Origin: a virus
Lineage: Duplodnaviria > Caudoviricetes
IMG/VR virus record: IMGVR_UViG_3300032219_002227
Coordinates: 96,001 to 160,000 of that record
DNA length: 64,000 nt
Reading direction: 5' to 3' (one strand)
The translations under genes and the position numbers were made by a program. Below are positions 28,696-37,526 of the stretch, piece after piece (within the stretch, counting starts at the first letter, position 1; each line of letters begins with the position of its first letter). The notes under the pieces are model-generated. The model saw nothing but the letters and a program-made list of their open reading frames with translations, did no database searches and had not been told where the DNA came from.

Positions 28696-29793
28696 ATGTC
28701 AAACAAAGACTTATTCAAAGAGGCTATCGCCGACGCTAAAGCTGTCCGCGAAGCTGCGTTAGCAAACGCAAAAGCTGCTCTTGAAGAAGCTTTAGCTCCA
28801 GCAATTCAAAATATGATTTCTAGTAAATTACAAGAAATTGATGAAGATTTGGATGAAGTTGAAGATCTTGAAGAAGTAGATTTTATCTCAGCTAATGACA
28901 AAAGGAATGATTCTGATTTTATCAGAAAAAGAGCTATTGATGCAAGCCAAATGTCAGAAGGCGAAGAAGACCTAGAAGAAGATTTCGATTTATCTGAAAT
29001 TTTAGCTGAATTAAGTGAAGAAAATGAACTTGAAGAAGCTAAAGATAAGGATGAAAAGAAAGAAAATCTCTACGAAGATGAAGATGAAGAATCTGAATTA
29101 GAAACTGTAGGTGATTTAACCGTTGATGAATTTAAAGATGAAATCAGAGACATGATCAAAGATATTATCTCATCAGAAATGGGTGGTGGCGAAATGGCTG
29201 CTGCTGATGATGTAGTAGATGATGCTGAAGAAATGGCTGTTGATTTTAGCGATGAAACCGGCGGTGATGACTTACGTCAAGACACAGATGATGCTATAGC
29301 AAATGCTGAAGAAGATGACGAAGAAATCAACTTAGAAGAATTACTAGCTGAACTTGATTCTTTAGACGAAGCTAATGATACTGATGAAGTATATGAAGCT
29401 AAGAAAAAGAAAAAAACACCACAAGGCGAAGATAAAGAAGAAGAGATAAAAGAAGCTCTTAACACTATCAATACCCTTCGCACTGAACTTAACGAAGTAA
29501 ACTTGCTTAATGCTAAGTTACTTTATGTTAACAAAATTTTCAAGTCTAAGAACTTGAATGAATCACAAAAACTCAAAGTAATTGCTCAATTCGACAAAGC
29601 AACTACTGCGAAAGAAGCTAAAGTTATTTATGAATCTATGAGTAGTGCTATTGCAAAATCTGCTAAAAGCACAATCAAAGAATCATTAGGATTTGCTTCA
29701 AAAGCTGCTGGTATGGCTCCACAAAAACCAATTGTAGAAGTAAATGATACAGTTGCTAGATGGAAAATGTTAGCAGGTATTACTAAATTTTAA
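28696..29793 (+). CDS. Prohead scaffold protein (T4 gp22-like)
   Basis: LFKEAIADAKAVRE, very acidic centre with many LxE sites, LNEVNLLNAKLLY, C-terminal RWKMLAGI; immediately upstream of the capsid gene. Confidence 0.88.
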   Translation: MSNKDLFKEAIADAKAVREAALANAKAALEEALAPAIQNMISSKLQEIDEDLDEVEDLEEVDFISANDKRNDSDFIRKRAIDASQMSEGEEDLEEDFDLSEILAELSEENELEEAKDKDEKKENLYEDEDEESELETVGDLTVDEFKDEIRDMIKDIISSEMGGGEMAAADDVVDDAEEMAVDFSDETGGDDLRQDTDDAIANAEEDDEEINLEELLAELDSLDEANDTDEVYEAKKKKKTPQGEDKEEEIKEALNTINTLRTELNEVNLLNAKLLYVNKIFKSKNLNESQKLKVIAQFDKATTAKEAKVIYESMSSAIAKSAKSTIKESLGFASKAAGMAPQKPIVEVNDTVARWKMLAGITKF

Positions 29794-29824
29794 TTAACAA
29801 AACCCTCAATTTAAATCGTTTAAA

Positions 29825-31429
29825 ATGAACGTACAACAACTCCTCGAATCATCTAACCAATATAAAGTGGTGATGGATGACGCTAAAAAGTTGTCAAACA
29901 AGTGGGCTAAATCTGGCCTTTTAGAAGGTATTAGATCTACTAATGACAAAAATACAATGGCTATTTTGCTTGAAAACCAAGCTAAGCAATTAGTAACCGA
30001 AGCTAACGTAACTGGCGGTACTAATAGTATGAATGGTGCTGGATACAATGCTGAGAACTGGGCTGGCGTAGCTTTGCCTTTAGTTCGCCGCGTATTTGGT
30101 GAAATCGCAGCTAAAGAATTCGTTAGTGTACAACCAATGAACTTACCTTCTGGTCTTGTATTCTATCTTGATTTCAAGTATGCTAATAACATCAGACCTT
30201 TCCGTTCTGGTGATTCACTTTACAGTGCTAATAACAGCACTAACGTAACTGATTTTGCTAACACCGCTTCTCTTTATGGTGCTGGTCGCTTCGGTTACTC
30301 TATCAATCAGTATACAGCTTCTGTTACTAATGCTTCTACAGGATCTGCTCAATGGTCTGATTTTAATCTTGATTCTAACTACTCTGCTTCTGCAGCTTCT
30401 AGTCAGTACAAGAAAATTTCTGTTCCATTACCTTCTAACTACGACGTAAACGCGGTTCGTGGATTTGTAATTGTTTCTGGTACAATTGCTGCTACTGATG
30501 TATTGCAAGCTTTCACTACTGTAACTAACAACACTGCTTCTTTCATTGTTACTGGTTCTTTAGTAGCTAGAGACATGTCTCCCGCCGCTGCTACTGTAAC
30601 ATTGTTCTACGATATCCAGAACACTCCTGAAAGTCGTGGTGATTTCGAAGATGGTAAAGCTAAAACAAATGCTCCTACCACTATCGATATTCCTTCTATT
30701 GACGTTCAGTTAAAATCTGAAGCTATCGTTGCTAAAACTCGTAAGTTGAAAGCACAATGGACTCCAGAATTCGCTCAAGATTTGAATGCTTATCATTCAA
30801 TCGACGCTGAAGCTGAATTAACTGGTATCCTTTCTCAATATATCTCTATGGAAATCGATCTCGAACTCCTTGATATGTTAATCCAAAACGCTTATACTGT
30901 TGATTATTGGACTGCTGTTAATAACAAGTCTATCACTTCTGCAGGTGTAACTTCTGATTTGGGTTACTACAACACTCAAGGTGGTTGGTTCCAAACTTTA
31001 GGTACTAAGTTACAGAAAGTTTCCAATATTATCCATCAGTTAACTTTACGTGGTGGCGCTAACTTCCTCGTAGTTTCTCCAACCGTAGCAACTGTATTAG
31101 AATCAATTCCAGGCTTTGCTACTGATGGTGATGGTGAGAAAATGGAATTCAACTTCGGTATCCAAAAGATTGGTCAGTTGAATAGCCGTTACAAAGTATA
31201 CAAGAACCCATACATGACTGAGAACGTAATTCTTATGGGTTACAAAGGTGCTCAGTTTCTTGAGTGTGGTGCTGTATTTGCTCCATATGTTCCATTGATC
31301 ATGACTCCACTTCTTTACGATCCTAATACCTTCACACCAAGAAAAGGTTTGATGACTAGGTACGCTAAGAAGATGATCCGTCCTGACTATTATGGTAAAG
31401 TATATGTTGCTGGTTTAAATACTCTTTAA
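29825..31429 (+). CDS. Major capsid protein (T4 gp23-like)
   Basis: LLENQ, LPLVRRV, VQPMNLPSGLVFYL, TRKLKAQWTPEFAQDL.AYH, FAPYVPL, FTPRKGLMTRY; probable maturation cut LVTE59|A. Confidence 0.97.
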   Translation: MNVQQLLESSNQYKVVMDDAKKLSNKWAKSGLLEGIRSTNDKNTMAILLENQAKQLVTEANVTGGTNSMNGAGYNAENWAGVALPLVRRVFGEIAAKEFVSVQPMNLPSGLVFYLDFKYANNIRPFRSGDSLYSANNSTNVTDFANTASLYGAGRFGYSINQYTASVTNASTGSAQWSDFNLDSNYSASAASSQYKKISVPLPSNYDVNAVRGFVIVSGTIAATDVLQAFTTVTNNTASFIVTGSLVARDMSPAAATVTLFYDIQNTPESRGDFEDGKAKTNAPTTIDIPSIDVQLKSEAIVAKTRKLKAQWTPEFAQDLNAYHSIDAEAELTGILSQYISMEIDLELLDMLIQNAYTVDYWTAVNNKSITSAGVTSDLGYYNTQGGWFQTLGTKLQKVSNIIHQLTLRGGANFLVVSPTVATVLESIPGFATDGDGEKMEFNFGIQKIGQLNSRYKVYKNPYMTENVILMGYKGAQFLECGAVFAPYVPLIMTPLLYDPNTFTPRKGLMTRYAKKMIRPDYYGKVYVAGLNTL

Positions 31430-31442
31430 TCCGATCCATATA

Positions 31443-31495
31443 ATTTAACCCCGTAAGGTTAAATAGGCCCGAGCGTAAACTCGGGCTTTTTTTTT
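31443..31495 (+). terminator. Tandem hairpins; the second is the intrinsic terminator of the capsid operon
   Basis: ATTTAACC-CCGTAA-GGTTAAAT, then GCCCGAG-CGTAAA-CTCGGGC followed by T9. Confidence 0.88.
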
Positions 31496-31523
31496 ATATT
31501 TATATATAACCAAACAATTGTTC

Positions 31524-32192
31524 ATGAAGGAACCTAATCGTGAAAGAAAAAACGACATTAAAATTATCAATGCCGTTCAGTTAAATGAAGAGCAAAAGGA
31601 AGCAAAACGATTAATAGTAGAAAACCAAATTGTTATAGTAACAGGTAGAGCAGGATCAGGTAAATCATTAGTATGTGCTCAAGCCGCCTTAGATTTCCTT
31701 AAGAAAAAACAAATTAGCTGTATTTACAATACAAGAGCAGCCATTGAAGTAGGTAAAAGCCTAGGTTATTTACCAGGAGCATTAAGTGAAAAGTTTGATC
31801 CCTATATGGAAGCACTTGTTGAAAATCTTAATAAATGTTGTTCAAATAAAAACGAAGTACCTAACCTTATAGCTGAAGAAAAAGTAAAAGCATTACCTGT
31901 TCAGTTTATTCGTGGTAAAACAATTGACGATATTTTAATTGTAGAAGAAGCACAAAACCTAACTAAAGGTGAAATGCTAGCTATATTAACTCGCTTAGGT
32001 AAAACAGGTAAAATTGTCATTAATGGTGATAACGAACAAACTGATATCAAAACGTCAACGGGTGAAATAAACGGTTTAAGTTATGTTATCGAATTATCTA
32101 AAAAAATCGAAGAAATTAAGTGGATTAAATTGAAAGAGAACCACCGTTCCGACCTAGTAGGTAAAATACTCGAATACGAATACGGGAAGTAG
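31524..32192 (+). CDS. phoH: PhoH-family ATPase
   Basis: GRAGSGKS, LGYLPG...EK..PY, FIRG.T, EEAQN, LTRLG, GD..QTD, HRS.LV; ATG 31524 preferred over TTG 31518. Confidence 0.92.
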   Translation: MKEPNRERKNDIKIINAVQLNEEQKEAKRLIVENQIVIVTGRAGSGKSLVCAQAALDFLKKKQISCIYNTRAAIEVGKSLGYLPGALSEKFDPYMEALVENLNKCCSNKNEVPNLIAEEKVKALPVQFIRGKTIDDILIVEEAQNLTKGEMLAILTRLGKTGKIVINGDNEQTDIKTSTGEINGLSYVIELSKKIEEIKWIKLKENHRSDLVGKILEYEYGK

Positions 32193-32225
32193 TTATATTT
32201 ATATGTGTTAAATACTACTTAAATA

Positions 32226-33848
32226 ATGGGCGCTCAAGCAATCAATTTAAAAAGACTATGGGATGAATATTATGGCGACACGTCATATTTAAATCCTGTC
32301 AAATGTAATACACCATTTGAATATTACGACAATGATCCTGAGTTTGTTCGTGATGCAAAAAGCTGTACACGCTTTGTTGCACAACGATTAGGCGCTAGTG
32401 GATTAGGTCTTACACAACTTAATATTAGTGACCTTACAGTGTATGCTGCTTTTGAAGAAGCAGTTACTACATATGGTAACTTAGTTTATCAATATAAAAT
32501 CAGAGACAGTTATATCAATATTGAAGGATCACCTTCAGCTCCATTTAATAACAATACTGTTACTTATGTTAATAGTATTGATATAAACGCACCAGTAACT
32601 TGGTCAAGAGCTAGATTAGCTACTTGGACTAATATAGACAATAATGCTGCATTCTCTCAGTCTATTGTTGATCAAAACATATATGTAATTTCAGCTTCAG
32701 TTTCTAATTTTGTTTTACCAAATGAAGATTATGTAAAATCACTTACATTTGCTACTGAATATTACGATTCAAGCTCATTACAAACTATTGATTTAAGTGC
32801 TTATGTTTATAATCAATTAAACAAAATAGGAGGTCCTACAAGCGGCTCTACTATTACTTCTGGTAATAGTTTTGTTTATGTATTTACTACTTCACCTCAA
32901 ATAGCAGGTGGATCTGCAGTATTTGGTTCTGGATCTATTCCTACAGTTTATATTCAAGATAGTTTAGAACCTGAACTCAATAATAAAATATTAAGTAATA
33001 ATTTAGCTACTTTAACTACTACTATTGCTGAAGACTATGCTGCAGAAGCTGGAGTAGGAGGATATTATAATGTTATAACAGGAGCTATACCAATGGAAAG
33101 AGGAGTTCAAGACTATGATTTAAATACTTGGGCCGCTCAATCAGCATCATTAGAACCAGGCGATAGAATAGAAATTAGAAGAATATTTTATGAAGAACCA
33201 CCTGCAATTGTTCGTTACTTTGACCCATATGCCGGTACAGGTACTGGTATTCAATCATTGCTTGAATCGTTTGGCTTCGGTCAATTCTCTCCTGGTATTA
33301 ACTTCTTATTAATGCCTATTAACTTTGATGTACAAAAAATCCAAGCAATTGAATTTAATGATCAAATAAGAAAAGCAGCATATTCATTTAATTTAGTAAA
33401 CAATAAATTAAAAATATTTCCTATACCTGGTAGGGATATGAATTTATTTTTTGAATATGTAAAAATTAGTGATAAATTTAGCGTAATTAAGGATACTAGA
33501 AATAATGTTGTAACAGATATCATGAATGTACCTTATAGAAACCCAATTTATTCTAAAATTAATACTGTAGGTAGAACTTGGATATTCAAATATACATTAG
33601 CTTTAAGTAGAGAAATTGAAGCACATATTCGTATTCAATTTGCTAATGTTAATGTTCAAGGTGTAGGTTCACTTCAAGGATCTGAATTAGTAGCTGACGC
33701 TAGAACAGAAAAAGAACAATTAGTAACGGAGTTAAAGGAAATGTTAAATGAAACATCGCGTAAGGGACAATTAGAGCGTAAGCAACAAGAAGCCCAATTC
33801 CAGCGTGATACTTTACAACAAGTTCCTTTACCAATTTATATTTTCTAA
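32226..33848 (+). CDS. Neck/head-completion protein (T4 gp13-like) with a ~145-aa insertion
   Basis: AQRLG, YAAFEEAV, QDYDL, VRYFDPY, IQAIEFNDQIRK, WIFKYTLAL; position after capsid and PhoH. Confidence 0.75.
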   Translation: MGAQAINLKRLWDEYYGDTSYLNPVKCNTPFEYYDNDPEFVRDAKSCTRFVAQRLGASGLGLTQLNISDLTVYAAFEEAVTTYGNLVYQYKIRDSYINIEGSPSAPFNNNTVTYVNSIDINAPVTWSRARLATWTNIDNNAAFSQSIVDQNIYVISASVSNFVLPNEDYVKSLTFATEYYDSSSLQTIDLSAYVYNQLNKIGGPTSGSTITSGNSFVYVFTTSPQIAGGSAVFGSGSIPTVYIQDSLEPELNNKILSNNLATLTTTIAEDYAAEAGVGGYYNVITGAIPMERGVQDYDLNTWAAQSASLEPGDRIEIRRIFYEEPPAIVRYFDPYAGTGTGIQSLLESFGFGQFSPGINFLLMPINFDVQKIQAIEFNDQIRKAAYSFNLVNNKLKIFPIPGRDMNLFFEYVKISDKFSVIKDTRNNVVTDIMNVPYRNPIYSKINTVGRTWIFKYTLALSREIEAHIRIQFANVNVQGVGSLQGSELVADARTEKEQLVTELKEMLNETSRKGQLERKQQEAQFQRDTLQQVPLPIYIF

Positions 33849-34459
33849 TGGGACAATTTAGAGGAGTACAACGATATATTAATTTAGGAGACTGTGCTCT
33901 AGCAGATTTCCCGGATAGTGCTCCGACTGCTTCAGCAACAAAACCAGGTGTTCCTTCTGCTCCTCCTGAACCACCACCTGGAAGTAAAGGTGAAGGTGGA
34001 GGGCCAAACAATTATATAGATCAAGCAGCACAAGCTGCAATCAACTATTCTAATATGAAAGTTGGTTATTTTAAAATCGATTTGTATAAGACTAAAGTAA
34101 ATATGTATGGTGAATCAATTGAAAAGTGGTACTATCTACCATTTGAAATTAAATGTATGATTGAAAGAGGTGATTTTGCCTATACAGACACTGAATATGG
34201 ACCTGATGTTAATCAAAGTATAAAAGTAATTATACCTAAATTAAATCTAATTGATTTAAATTTTACTCCTGAAGTAGGAGATATAATGACTGACCAAGAA
34301 AAATATTATGAAGTTCATACTGTAGATAGATCATTTATAACAATACCAGGAAGTGGCTATGCAGGTTCTTCTTTAGGAACTCCAGGTCAAGTAGTACTAT
34401 TTACATTGAATGCTCATCTAACAAGAACAACAAAACTTAACTTAATTCAATATAGCTAA
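33848..34459 (+). CDS. Neck protein (T4 gp14-like head closure) with Pro/Gly-rich N-terminal region
   Basis: VGYFKIDL..TKVNMYGES..K, PEVGDI....KYYEV; follows the gp13-like gene. Confidence 0.7.
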   Translation: MGQFRGVQRYINLGDCALADFPDSAPTASATKPGVPSAPPEPPPGSKGEGGGPNNYIDQAAQAAINYSNMKVGYFKIDLYKTKVNMYGESIEKWYYLPFEIKCMIERGDFAYTDTEYGPDVNQSIKVIIPKLNLIDLNFTPEVGDIMTDQEKYYEVHTVDRSFITIPGSGYAGSSLGTPGQVVLFTLNAHLTRTTKLNLIQYS

Positions 34460-34800
34460 TGGGATTATTAGGTAAAATATTATTAAACGAAGGAATCACA
34501 GTTTTTAGATGTGATGTACTTATTAAAACATCTGCTGAACAAAATAAGGTAGAGATTTACAATGAGATCAGAGCTCTAGAAGGAGTAGTTGTTGTAACTA
34601 TTCAGCAAAGTGATTTTTTAGATGCTAAAGCAACTGATAGATATGAATATTCTTTACTTAAAATAAAATATATTGGTAGAGGAGACGCTAAAGGTTCGAT
34701 TAAAGAAATTGGTATAGACGCTGTAACTAAAAATAAAATTTCTGGTTTATTACAGTTTATACCTCGTTATAATACTATTACTAAAGTTGGATCATACTAA
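34459..34800 (+). CDS. Small ACT/ferredoxin-fold-like protein with a tagged N-terminus
   Basis: LLGKILLNE; EIYNEIRALEGVVVV. Confidence 0.6.
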   Translation: MGLLGKILLNEGITVFRCDVLIKTSAEQNKVEIYNEIRALEGVVVVTIQQSDFLDAKATDRYEYSLLKIKYIGRGDAKGSIKEIGIDAVTKNKISGLLQFIPRYNTITKVGSY

Positions 34801-34805
34801 TTATT

Positions 34806-35204
34806 ATGAAATTATTAGACCTTTTAAAAGAATTAGACAAACCAAAGAATATTTATGTTCCTGGTGCCGAAGAAGATAATGTAGTGAGTTCTAGTGGTAA
34901 ACTTACAATAGCTGATTTAAGTCCTAAACAGCGTGATGAACTATTTAGTAAAGGATCTATTATGGTATCTGTTAAAGATCCTAGTCGTCCTGAAGTTACT
35001 AGTGCTTCTCAAGTAATTAATCTACCTAGAATTGATCAAATAAGAAAAGATGTAAATAAAAGTAAACAAGAATTTAATGTGTTTATGTATTCTTCAGATG
35101 AAAATCTAAAAAATGCAGCTAAACAAGTAAATAAAGCTCATAATGATTTGCTTAACGCAATGAATGTTCTTGATAAAATGCTTAATCTTAAAAGAAAAGA
35201 GTAA
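34806..35204 (+). CDS. Putative internal protein, MKLLDLLKE tag
   Basis: N-terminus matches the MIKLxDILxE family. Confidence 0.65.
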   Translation: MKLLDLLKELDKPKNIYVPGAEEDNVVSSSGKLTIADLSPKQRDELFSKGSIMVSVKDPSRPEVTSASQVINLPRIDQIRKDVNKSKQEFNVFMYSSDENLKNAAKQVNKAHNDLLNAMNVLDKMLNLKRKE

Positions 35205-35210
35205 AGTATA

Positions 35211-36449
35211 ATGAGAGAAAGAAAACCAATACCAAAAAATCAATCAGAAATAGTACAAGATACTATTCATCCTTATTATCAGAATAAACCGATTAGTCAA
35301 AATGTATTTACTCATCGTGAAAATAGAGCATTAAACATTACTCGCAAAACTGATAAGATAAAGGATATTACTATTGGTTTAGAGGATATTGATTATGCTT
35401 TAATGTATTATTTTCAAAATGTTATTAAACCGACCGTAATACAAGATGGAAATAGACTAACAGTTCCTATAATGTATGGTTCTCCTGAACGTTGGCAATC
35501 AGTTCAAGCAGATGGATATTATAGAGATACAAATGGTAAAGCTATTTTTCCTCTTATAATGTTTAAAAGAAGCGGTATTGAAAAAAATAGAAATTTAGGT
35601 AATAAAATAGATGGTAACTTAGCTTCTTTATTTCAAGTATTTGAATCTAGATACAACCAGAGAAATCAATACGATAATTTTTCTGTTTTAACAAACAGAA
35701 TACCATCAAAACAATACTACGTTTCTGTAGTGCCTGATTATGTTACTATAACGTACGAGTGTGTTTTATTAACAAATTTTGTTGAACAAAATAATAAATT
35801 AATTGAGGCAATTGAGTATGCTGCTGACTCGTATTGGGGTGACGCTAATAGATGGCAATTTAGAACATCATTAGATAGTTTTGGAGTAACTAATATTATT
35901 ACTAATGGAGAAGATAGAGTATCATCCACTACTGTTAATTTAAAAGTAAATGGGTATCTTATAGCAGATAGTATCAATCAACATTTATCTGATACTAACA
36001 TGCATTACTCTCCAGCTCAAATTAAATTTACATTTGAAACTAGTGAAGCTGATTTAGATACTTTAGTAACAGCTCCTGCTCCTAAAACAGCTATGGGTGC
36101 TACTTCATTTGCAGATTCATATAATACAAACGTAACTACTCAAACTACAGTAGATGTAGATGCTGCTGTATTAGAATATTTAAATACTAGTATAACAAAA
36201 TACGCTACTACTATTACTTCAAATACAGCTTTATTTGCAGGTACTTTCCGTACGGCTCCATCACCATTACCTGCCACTTCAGTGACTAATTTTACTTTTT
36301 TTGTAAATGGTCAGTTAGTAGATTATAATTCAATAACTAGCTTTATTGATAATGGGAATGGAACTTGCTTATTAACAGTTAACACAGCTAATTTACAATA
36401 TAGTCTCGAATCAGATGATCAAGTTATAGCAGTAGGTAAATTTGTATAA
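35211..36449 (+). CDS. Tail terminator / sheath stabiliser (T4 gp15-like) with C-terminal beta extension
   Basis: IGLEDID.A, VPIMYGSPERW, PDYVTITY, VNGYL. Confidence 0.75.
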   Translation: MRERKPIPKNQSEIVQDTIHPYYQNKPISQNVFTHRENRALNITRKTDKIKDITIGLEDIDYALMYYFQNVIKPTVIQDGNRLTVPIMYGSPERWQSVQADGYYRDTNGKAIFPLIMFKRSGIEKNRNLGNKIDGNLASLFQVFESRYNQRNQYDNFSVLTNRIPSKQYYVSVVPDYVTITYECVLLTNFVEQNNKLIEAIEYAADSYWGDANRWQFRTSLDSFGVTNIITNGEDRVSSTTVNLKVNGYLIADSINQHLSDTNMHYSPAQIKFTFETSEADLDTLVTAPAPKTAMGATSFADSYNTNVTTQTTVDVDAAVLEYLNTSITKYATTITSNTALFAGTFRTAPSPLPATSVTNFTFFVNGQLVDYNSITSFIDNGNGTCLLTVNTANLQYSLESDDQVIAVGKFV

Positions 36450-36451
36450 CA

Positions 36452-36667
36452 ATGGCACAACTAAAATTAAAACAAGTATATTCTAGCTTAGCCTACCTTA
36501 GCGGTTCTCTTATCGTTAGTAGTAGTGGTAATATTCCAGCTATAGTTGTATCTGGTTCAACTATTATTGCTTCTTCTCCTAATTCTACAGGTTCCCTTAC
36601 AATTAATGGTGTAAATACTTTTGGGGACAGTACGGACTTCTTCGGAATGGATTTAGGAAGCTACTAA
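36452..36667 (+). CDS. Small fibre-associated structural protein
   Basis: MAQLKLKQ...SGSL repeats...MDLGSY. Confidence 0.55.
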   Translation: MAQLKLKQVYSSLAYLSGSLIVSSSGNIPAIVVSGSTIIASSPNSTGSLTINGVNTFGDSTDFFGMDLGSY

Positions 36668-36740
36668 TTACCCATGTTATAATATATTTATATGTAGGTT
36701 ATATATATAACCTAGAACCATTAGTATATACTAGACATAA

Positions 36741-37487
36741 ATGGCTAATCAATTTTTAAAATTACGCCGTAGTAGCGTACCCGGCAAAAGGCCTGATACA
36801 GGCTCCTTAGATTACGGTGAGATAGCTCTTAACACGTATGATGGTTTAGCCTTCATAAAAAAGTCTGGTTCTAATGGTGAAGAAATAGTTGCAATTGGTT
36901 CTACAGGTTCATTTACAGGTTCGTTTTTTGGGTCATTACAAGGTACTTCGAGTTGGGCTACTAATGCTCTAACAGCATCTTCAGCTGATAATTTTACAGT
37001 AAGAGGTACATTAACTGCTCAAACTATAGTAGTACAAGTTATTACTTCATCAACTGAGTTTGTTACTGGATCTTTAATTGTAAGTGGTGCTTTAAATGTA
37101 TTTGGTGGTATTACTGGTTCTTTAAATGGTACCGCTAGTTGGGCTACTAATGCAATATCTGCATCTTATGTTCCTGCTTCTGCTATTGTCGGATTAAATC
37201 TATCTAGAATAACAACGGGCAGTATTACTGCTAGTGTAGATGTAGATCCTAATAATTTATTTTTAATTAAATCAGGAAGTAACACTTATTTTAATATTGC
37301 TAATAATAGTAATATAACATTATATAGCAATCAATTCATCGTAAAAAATTTCACAACACAAGAACCTATTTTAACTATATCACAAAGTATAGTACAATTC
37401 GCAACTCAATCATTAAACCCTACTAACCCAGCAAAAGGTGGAGATGTTTGGTTTACTTCAACAGAATTGTATGTAGGTCTAAACTAG
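36741..37487 (+). CDS. Tail fibre subunit with T4 gp36/gp37-like N-terminal module
   Basis: LKLRRSSVPGKRP..L.YGEIALNTYDG; TGS/TASW repeats. Confidence 0.75.
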   Translation: MANQFLKLRRSSVPGKRPDTGSLDYGEIALNTYDGLAFIKKSGSNGEEIVAIGSTGSFTGSFFGSLQGTSSWATNALTASSADNFTVRGTLTAQTIVVQVITSSTEFVTGSLIVSGALNVFGGITGSLNGTASWATNAISASYVPASAIVGLNLSRITTGSITASVDVDPNNLFLIKSGSNTYFNIANNSNITLYSNQFIVKNFTTQEPILTISQSIVQFATQSLNPTNPAKGGDVWFTSTELYVGLN

Positions 37488-37526
37488 ATAATATTTATTA
37501 ACGTACAAATCTAAAATAAAAGTATA

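Noticed and set aside
21371-31429. Inteins, introns or homing endonucleases in terminase, portal or capsid genes
   Set aside because: Lengths and motif spacing are normal; no LAGLIDADG, HNH or splice-junction motifs seen.
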